From Eledone cirrhosa (lineage: Eukaryota): a stretch of 64,000 nt of DNA. The notes under the pieces were generated by a model. That model was not told the DNA's origin and made no database searches. It saw nothing but the letters and a program-made list of their open reading frames with translations. Both the position numbers and the translations under genes were made by a program. Position 1 is the stretch's first letter, and each line of letters opens with the position of its first letter. The stretch lies in NCBI GenBank assembly GCA_964016885.1, contig OZ024761.1, positions 10,168,001 through 10,232,000 of the forward strand, read 5' to 3'. Below, piece by piece: positions 54,901 through 64,000 of the stretch.

Positions 54901-57900
54901 CCCAACGAGAGCCACTCTCTTTAAATACTCTCAACAAGAACCACTCTCATTAAATACTTCCAACGAGAGCCACTCTCTTTAAATACTCCCAACGAGAGCC
55001 ACTCTCTTTAAATACTCCCAACAAGAGCCACTCTCTTTAAATACTCCCAACGAGAGCCACTCTATTTAAATATTCTCAACGAGAGCCACTCTCTTTAAAT
55101 ACTCCCAACGAGAGCCACTCTCTTTAAATACTCCCAACAAGAGCCACTCTCTTTAAATACTCTCAACAAGAACCACTCTCTTTAAATACTTCCAACGAGA
55201 GTCACTCTCTTTAAATACTCCCAACGAGAGCCACTCTCTTTAAATACTCCCAACAAGAGCCACTCTCTTTAAATACTCCCAACGAGCCACTCTCTTTAAA
55301 TACTCTCAACAAGAACCACTCTCTTTAAATACTTCCAACGAGAGTCACTCTCTTTAAATACTCCCAACGAGAGCCACTCTCTTTAAATACTCCCAACAAG
55401 AGCCACTCTCTTTAAATACTCCCAACGAGAGCTACTCTCTTTAAATACTCCCAACGAGAGCCACTCTCTTTAAATACTCCCAACAAGAGCCACTCTCTTT
55501 AAATACTCCCAACGAGAGCCACTCTCTTTAAATACTCCCAGCGAGAGCCACTCTCTTTAAATACTCCCAACGAGAGCCACTCTCTTTAAATATTTCCAAC
55601 GAGAGCCACTCTCTTTAAATACTCCCAACAAGAGCCACTCTCTTTAAATACTCTCAACGAGAGCCACTCTCTTTAATTACTCCCAACAAGAGCCACTCTC
55701 TTTAAATACTCCCAACGAGAGCCACTCTCTTTAAATACTCCCAACAAGAGCCACTCTCTTTAAATACTCCCAAACGAGAGCCACTCTCTTTAAATACTCC
55801 CAACGAGAGCCACTCTCTTTAAATACTCCCAACAAGAGCCACTCTCTTTAAATACTCCCAACGAGAGCCACTCTCTTTAAATACTCCCAACGAGAGCCAC
55901 TCTCTTTAAATACTCCCAACAAGAGCCATTCTCTTTAAATACTCCCAACGAGAGCCACTCTCTTTAAATACTCTCAACAAGAGCCACTCTCTTTAAACAC
56001 TCCCAACAAGAGCCACTCTCTTTAAATACTCTCAACAAGAGCCACTCTCTTTAAATACTCTCAACAAGAGCCACTCTCTTTAAATACTCTCAACAAGAGC
56101 CACTCTCTTTAAATACTCCCAACGAGAGCCACTCTCTTTAAATACTCTCAACAAGAGCCACTCTCTTTAAATACTCCCAACGAGAGCCACTCTCTTTAAA
56201 TACTCTCAACAAGAGCCACTCTCTTTAAATACTCCCAACAAGAGCCACTCTCTTTAAATACTCCCAACAAGAGCCACTCTCTTTAAATACTCTCAACAAG
56301 AACAACTCTCTTTAAATACTTCCAACGAGAGTCACTCTCTTTAAATACTCCCAACGAGAGCCACTCTCTTTAAATACTCTCAACGAGAAGCACTCTCCTT
56401 AAATACTCCCAACGAGAGCCACTCTCTTTAAATACTCCCAACGAGAGCCACTCTCTTTAAATACTCCCAACGAGAGCCACTCTCTTTAAATACTCCCAAC
56501 GAGAGCCACTCTCTTTAAATACTCCCAACGAGAGCCACTCTCTTTAAATACTCCCAACGAGAGCCACTCTCTTTAAATACTCCCAACGAGAGCCACTCTC
56601 TTTAAATACTCCCAACGAGAGCCACTCTCTTTAAATACTCTCAACAAGAGCCACTCTCTTTAAATACTCCCAACAAGAGTCACTCTCTTTAAATACTCCC
56701 AACAAGAGCCACTCTCTTTAAATACTCCCAACGAGAGCCACTCTCTTTAAATACTCTCAACGAGAGCCACTCTCTTTAAATACTCCCAACGAGAGCCACT
56801 CTCTTTAAATACTCCCAACAAGAGCCACTCTCTTTAAATACTCAACAAGAGCCACTCTCTTTAAATACTCCCAACGAGAGACACTCTCTTTAAATACTCT
56901 CAACGAGAGCCACTCTCATTAAATACTCCCAACGAGAGCCACTCTCTTTAAATACTCCCAACAAGAGCCACTCTCTTTAAATACTCTCAACAAGAACCAC
57001 TCTCTTTAAATACTTCCAACGAGAGTCACTCTCTTTAAATACTCCCAACGAGATCCACTCTCTTTAAATACTCCCAACAAGAGCCACTCTCTTTAAATAC
57101 TCCCAACAAGAGCCACTCTCTTTAAATACTCTCAACAAGAACCACTCTCTTTAAATACTTCCAACGAGAGTAACTCTCTTTAAATACTCCCAACGAGAGC
57201 CACTCTCTTTAAATACTCCCAACAAGAGCCACTCTCTTTAAATACTCCCAACGAGAGCCACTCTCTTTAAATACTCCCAACGAGAGCCACTCTCTTTAAA
57301 TACTCCCAACAAGAGCCACTCTCTTTAAATACTCCCAACGAGAGCCACTCTCTTTAAATACTCCCAGCGAGAGCCACTCTCTTTAAATACTCCCAACGAG
57401 AGCCACTCTCTTTAAATATTTCCAACGAGAGCCACTCTCTTTAAATACTCCCAACAAGAGCCACTCTCTTTAAATACTCTCAACGAGAGCCACTCTCTTT
57501 AATTACTCCCAACAAGAGCCACTCTCTTTAAATACTCCCAACGAGAGCCACTCTCTTTAAATACTCCCAACAAGAGCCACTCTCTTTAAATACTCCCAAC
57601 GAGAGCCACTCTCTTTAAATACTCCCAACGAGAGCCACTCTCTTTAAATACTCCCAACAAGAGCCACTCTCTTTAAATACTCCCAACGAGAGCCACTCTC
57701 TTTAAATACTCCCAACGAGAGCCACTCTCTTTAAATACTCCCAACAAGAGCCACTCTCTTTAAATACTCCCAACAAGAGCCACTCTCTTTAAATACTCTC
57801 AACAAGAGCCACTCTCTTTAAATATTTCCAACGAGAGCCACTCTCTTTAAATACTCCCAACGAGAGCCACTCTCTTTAAATACTCTCAACAAGAGCCACT

Positions 57901-60900
57901 CTCTTTAAATACTCCCAACGAGAGCCACTCTCTTTAAATACTCTCAACGAGAGTCACTCTCTTTAAATACTCTCAACAAGAGCCACTCTCTTTAAATACT
58001 TCCAACAAGAGCCACTCTCTTTAAATACTCCCAACAAGAGCCACTCTCTTTAAATACTCTCAACAAGAACCACTCTCTTTAAATACTCCCAACGAGAGCC
58101 ACTCTCTTTAAATACTCCCAACGAGAGCCACTCTCTTTAAATACTCCCAACGAGAGCCACTCTCTTTAAATACTCCCAACGAGAGCCACTCTCTTTAAAT
58201 ACTCCCAACGAGAGCCACTCTCTTTAAATACTTCCAACGAGAGCCACTCTCTTTAAATACTCTCAACAAGAGCCACTCTCTTTAAATACTCCCAACAAGA
58301 GCCACTCTCTTTAAATACTCCCAACGAGAACCACTCTCTTTAAATACTCTCAACGAGAGCCACTCTCTTTAAATACTCTCAACAAGAGCCACTCTCTTTA
58401 AATACTCCCAACAAGAGCCACTCTCTTTAAATACTCCCAACAAGAGCCACTCTCTTTAAATACTCCCAACGAGAGCCACTCTCTTTAAATACTCTCAACG
58501 AGTGCCACTCTCTTTAAATACTCCCAACGAGAGCCACTATCTTTAAATACTCCCAACAAGAGCCACTCTATTTAAATACTCTCAACAAGAACCACTCTCT
58601 TTAAATACTTCCAACGAGAGTCACTCTCTTTAAATACTCCCAACGAGAGCCACTCTCTTTAAATACTCCCAACAAGAGCCACTCTCTTTAAAAACTCCCA
58701 ACAAGAGCCACTCTCTTTAAATACTCCCAACAAGAGCCACTCTCTTTAAATACTCCCAACAAGAGCCACTCTCTTTAAATACTCCCAACAAGAGCCATTC
58801 TCTTTAAATACTCCCAACAAGAACCACTCTCTTTAAATAAACGAGAGCCACTCTCTTTAAATACTCCCAACAAGAGCCACTCTCTTTAAATACTCTCAAT
58901 GAGAGCCACTCTCTTTAAATACTCCCAACAAGAGCCACTCTCTTTAAATACTCCCAACAAGAGCCACTCTCTTTAAATACTCCCAACAAGAGCCACTCTC
59001 TTTAAATACTCCCAACCAGAGCCACTCTCTTTAAATACTCCCAACGAGAGCCACTCTCTTTAAATACTCCCAACAAGAGCCACTCTCTTTAAATACTCTC
59101 AATGAGAGCCACTCTCTTTAAATACTCCCAACAAGAGCCACTCTCTTTAAATACTCCCAACAAGAGCCACTCTCTTTAAATACTCCCAACAAGAGCCACT
59201 CTCTTTAAATACTCCCAACAAGAGCCACTCTCTTTAAATACTCTCAACAAGAGCCACTCTCTATAAATACTCCCAACAAGAGCCACTCTCTTTAAATACT
59301 CCCAACAAGAGCCACTCTCTTTAAATACTCCCAACAAGAGCCACTCTCTTTAAATACTCTCAACAAGAACCACTCTCTTTAAATACTTCCAACGAGAGTC
59401 ACTCTCATTAAATACTCCCAACGAGAGCCACTCTCTTTAAATACTCCCAACAAGAGCCACTCTCTTTAAATACTCCCAACAAGAGCCACTCTCTTTAAAT
59501 ACTCTCAACAAGAACCACTCTCTTTAAATACTTCCAACGAGAGTCACTCTCTTTAAATACTCCCAACGAGAGCCACTCTCTTTAAATACTCCCAACAAGA
59601 GCCACTCTCTTTAAATACTCCCAACGAGAGCCACTCTTTAATTACTCCCAACGAGAGCCACTCTCTTTAAATACTCCCAACAAGAGCCACTCTCTTTAAA
59701 TACTCCCAACGAGAGCCACTCTCTTTAAATACTCCCAGCGAGAGCCACTATCTTTAAATACTCCCAACGAGAGCCACTCTCTTTAAATATTTCCAACGAG
59801 AGCCACTCTCTTTAAATACTCCCAACAAGAGCCACTCTCTTTAAATACTCTCAACGAGAGCCACTCTCTTTAATTACTCCCAACAAGAGCCACTCTCTTT
59901 AAATACTCCCAACGAGAGCCACTCTCTTTAAATACTCCCAAGAGCCACTCTCTTTAAATACTCCCAACGAGAGCCACTCTCTTTAAATACTCTCAACAAG
60001 AACCACTCTCTTTAAATACTTCCAACGAGAGCCACTCTCTTTAAATACTCCCAACGAGAGCCACTCTCTTTAAATACTCCCAACAAGAGCCACTCTCTTT
60101 AAATACTCCCAACAAGAGCCACTCTCTTTAAATACTCCCAACGAGAGCCACTCTCTTTAAATACTCCCAACGACAGGCACTCTCTTTAAATACTCCCAAC
60201 AAGAGCCACTCTCTTTAAATACTCTCAACAAGAACCACTCTCTTTAAATACTTCCAACGAGAGTCACTCTCTTTAAATACTCCCAACGAGAGCCACTCTC
60301 TTTAAATACTCCCAACAAGAGCCACTCTCTTTAAATACTCCCAACGAGCCACTCTCTTTAAATACTCTCAACAAGAACCACTCTCTTTAAATACTTCCAA
60401 CGAGAGTCACTCTCTTTAAATACTCCCAACGAGAGCCACTCTCTTTAAATACTCCCAACAAGAGCCACTCTCTTTAAATACTCCCAACGAGAGCTACTCT
60501 CTTTAAATACTCCCAACGAGAGCCACTCTCTTTAAATACTCCCAACAAGAGCCACTCTCTTTAAATACTCCCAACGAGAGCCACTCTCTTTAAATACTCC
60601 CAGCGAGAGCCACTCTCTTTAAATACTCCCAACGAGAGCCACTCTCTTTAAATATTTCCAACGAGAGCCACTCTCTTTAAATACTCCCAACAAGAGCCAC
60701 TCTCTTTAAATACTCTCAACGAGAGCCACTCTCTTTAATTACTCCCAACAAGAGCCACTCTCTTTAAATACTCCCAACGAGAGCCACTCTCTTTAAATAC
60801 TCCCAACAAGAGCCACTCTCTTTAAATACTCCCAACGAGAGCCACTCTCTTTAAATACTCCCAACGAGAGCCACTCTCTTTAAATACTCCCAACAAGAGC

Positions 60901-63900
60901 CACTCTCTTTAAATACTCCCAACGAGAGCCACTCTCTTTAAATACTCCCAACGAGAGCCACTCTCTTTAAATACTCCCAACAAGAGCCACTCTCTTTAAA
61001 TACTCCCAACGAGAGCCACTCTCTTTAAATACTCTCAACAAGAGCGACTCTCTTTAAATACTCCCAACAAGAGCCACTCTCTTTAAATACTCTCAACAAG
61101 AGCCACTCTCTTTAAATACTCTCAACAAGAGCCACTCTCTTTAAATACTCTCAACAAGAGCCACTCTCTTTAAATACTCCCAACAAGAGCCACTCTCTTT
61201 AAATACTCTCAACAAGAGCCACTCTCTTTAAATATTTCCAACGAGAGCCACTCTCTTTAAATACTCCCAACGAGAGCCACTCTCTTTAAATACTCTCAAC
61301 AAGAGCCACTCTCTTTAAATACTCCCAACGAGAGCCACTCTCTTTAAATACTCTCAACGAGAGTCACTCTCTTTAAATACTCTCAACAAGAGCCACTCTC
61401 TTTAAATACTCCCAACAAGAGCCACTCTCTTTAAATACTCCCAACAAGAGCCACTCTCTTTAAATACTCTCAACAAGAACAACTCTCTTTAAATACTTCC
61501 AACGAGAGTCACTCTCTTTAAATACTCTCAACAAGAGCCACTCTCTTTAAATACTCCCAACAAGAGCCACTCTCTTTAAATACTCCCAACAAGAGCCACT
61601 CTCTTTAAATACTCTCAACAAGAACAACTCTCTTTAAATACTTCCAACGAGAGCCACTCTCTTTAAATACTCCCAACGAGAGCCACTCTCTTTAAATACT
61701 CCCAACAAGAGCCACTCTCTTTAAATACTCCCAACAAGAGCCACTCTCTTTAAATACTCCCAACGAGAGCCACTCTCTTTAAATACTCCCAACGACAGGC
61801 ACTCTCTTTAAATACTCCCAACAAGAGCCACTCTCTTTAAATACTCTCAACAAGAACCACTCTCTTTAAATACTTCCAACGAGAGTCACTCTCTTTAAAT
61901 ACTCCCAACGAGAGCCACTCTCTTTAAATACTCCCAACAAGAGCCACTCTCTTTAAATACTCCCAACGAGCCACTCTCTTTAAATACTCTCAACAAGAAC
62001 CACTCTCTTTAAATACTTCCAACGAGAGTCACTCTCTTTAAATACTCCCAACGTGAGCCACTCTCTTTAAATACTCCCAACAAGAGCCACTCTCTTTAAA
62101 TACTCCCAACGAGAGCTACTCTCTTTAAATACTCCCAACGAGAGCCACTCTCTTTAAATACTCCCAACAAGAGCCACTCTCTTTAAATACTCCCAACGAG
62201 AGCCACTCTCTTTAAATACTCCCAGCGAGAGCCACTCTCTTTAAATACTCCCAACGAGAGCCACTCTCTTTAAATATTTCCAACGAGAGCCACTCTCTTT
62301 AAATACTCCCAACAAGAGCCACTCTCTTTAAATACTCTCAACGAGAGCCACTCTCTTTAATTACTCCCAACAAGAGCCACTCTCTTTAAATACTCCCAAC
62401 GAGAGCCACTCTCTTTAAATACTCCCAACAAGAGCCACTCTCTTTAAATACTCCCAACGAGAGCCACTCTCTTTAAATACTCCCAACGAGAGCCACTCTC
62501 TTTAAATACTCCCAACAAGAGCCACTCTCTTTAAATACTCCCAACGAGAGCCACTCTCTTTAAATACTCCCAACGAGAGCCACTCTCTTTAAATACTCCC
62601 AACAAGAGCCACTCTCTTTAAATACTCCCAACGAGAGCCAGTCTCTTTAAATACTCTCAACAAGAGCCACTCTCTTTAAATACTCCCAACAAGAGCCACT
62701 CTCTTTAAATACTCTCAACAAGAGCCACTCTCTTTAAATACTCTCAACAAGAGCCACTCTCTTTAAATACTCTCAACAAGAGCCACTCTCTTTAAATACT
62801 CCCAACAAGAGCCACTCTCTTTAAATACTCTCAACAAGAGCCACTCTCTTTAAATATTTCCAACGAGAGCCACTCTCTTTAAATACTCCCAACGAGAGCC
62901 ACTCTCTTTAAATACTCTCAACAAGAGCCACTCTCTTTAAATACTCCCAACGAGAGCCACTCTCTTTAAATACTCTCAACAAGAACCACTCTCTTTAAAT
63001 ACTCCCAAGAGCCACTCTCTTTAAATACTCCCAACGAGAGCCACTCTCTTTAAATACTCTCAACAAGAACCACTCTCTTTAAATACTTCCAACGAGAGCC
63101 ACTCTCTTTAAATACTCCCAACGAGAGCCACTCTCTTTAAATACTCCCAACAAGAGCCACTCTCTTTAAATACTCCCAACAAGAGCCACTCTCTTTAAAT
63201 ACTCCCAACGAGAGCCACTCTCTTTAAATACTCCCAACGACAGGCACTCTCTTTAAATACTCCCAACAAGAGCCACTCTCTTTAAATACTCTCAACAAGA
63301 ACCACTCTCTTTAAATACTTCCAACGAGAGTCACTCTCTTTAAATACTCCCAACGAGAGCCACTCTCTTTAAATACTCCCAACAAGAGCCACTCTCTTTA
63401 AATACTCCCAACGAGCCACTCTCTTTAAATACTCTCAACAAGAACCACTCTCTTTAAATACTTCCAACGAGAGTCACTCTCTTTAAATACTCCCAACGAG
63501 AGCCACTCTCTTTAAATACTCCCAACAAGAGCCACTCTCTTTAAATACTCCCAACGAGAGCTACTCTCTTTAAATACTCCCAACGAGAGCCACTCTCTTT
63601 AAATACTCCCAACAAGAGCCACTCTCTTTAAATACTCCCAACGAGAGCCACTCTCTTTAAATACTCCCAGCGAGAGCCACTCTCTTTAAATACTCCCAAC
63701 GAGAGCCACTCTCTTTAAATATTTCCAACGAGAGCCACTCTCTTTAAATACTCCCAACAAGAGCCACTCTCTTTAAATACTCTCAACGAGAGCCACTCTC
63801 TTTAATTACTCCCAACAAGAGCCACTCTCTTTAAATACTCCCAACGAGAGCCACTCTCTTTAAATACTCCCAACAAGAGCCACTCTCTTTAAATACTCCC

Positions 63901-64000
63901 AACGAGAGCCACTCTCTTTAAATACTCCCAACGAGAGCCACTCTCTTTAAATACTCCCAACAAGAGCCACTCTCTTTAAATACTCCCAACGAGAGCCACT
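21981..64000. repeat. 29-bp satellite array, consensus ACTCTCTTTAAATACTCCCAAC(A/G)AGAGCC, about 1,450 copies, open at window end
   Basis: Period 29 (GCCACT at 22031, 22060); single orientation throughout; recurrent 24-, 26- and 27-bp deletion variants; no foreign insertion seen. Confidence 0.98.

Noticed and set aside
21981-64000. CRISPR array (29-bp repeats)
   Set aside because: Repeats are contiguous with no unique spacers, there are no cas genes and the context is eukaryotic.
21981-64000. Repetitive protein-coding region
   Set aside because: The period is not a multiple of 3 and TTTAAA places TAA on both strands, so every frame stops within about three monomers.

Overview
Eukaryotic, repeat-dominated DNA with no supportable intact gene; the SINE/LINE types and dense microsatellites suggest a mollusc, most likely an octopus (inference from repeat families). 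Positions 1-21,980 are a mosaic of microsatellites and transposon debris. This includes Dong/R4, RTE-like and Tx1-like LINE fragments, tRNA-type SINEs, non-autonomous Helitrons and a piggyBac-type MITE. It also holds a cluster of short elements in (TA)n tracts that carry type I hammerhead ribozyme (HHR) motifs, probably Penelope-like. One HHR is complete (2273-2394, minus). Four others are palindromes folded back at HHR stem II, keeping only the GAAA/stem III/GUC half. Positions 21,981-64,000 are one uninterrupted 29-bp satellite array (about 1,450 monomers, running off the window end) with nested duplications of 853 bp, about 1.4-1.7 kb and 9,884 bp. A few unique islands at 13.2-16.9 kb carry minus-strand splice signals and may be small exons. 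Nearly all ORFs in the supplied track are microsatellite artefacts.
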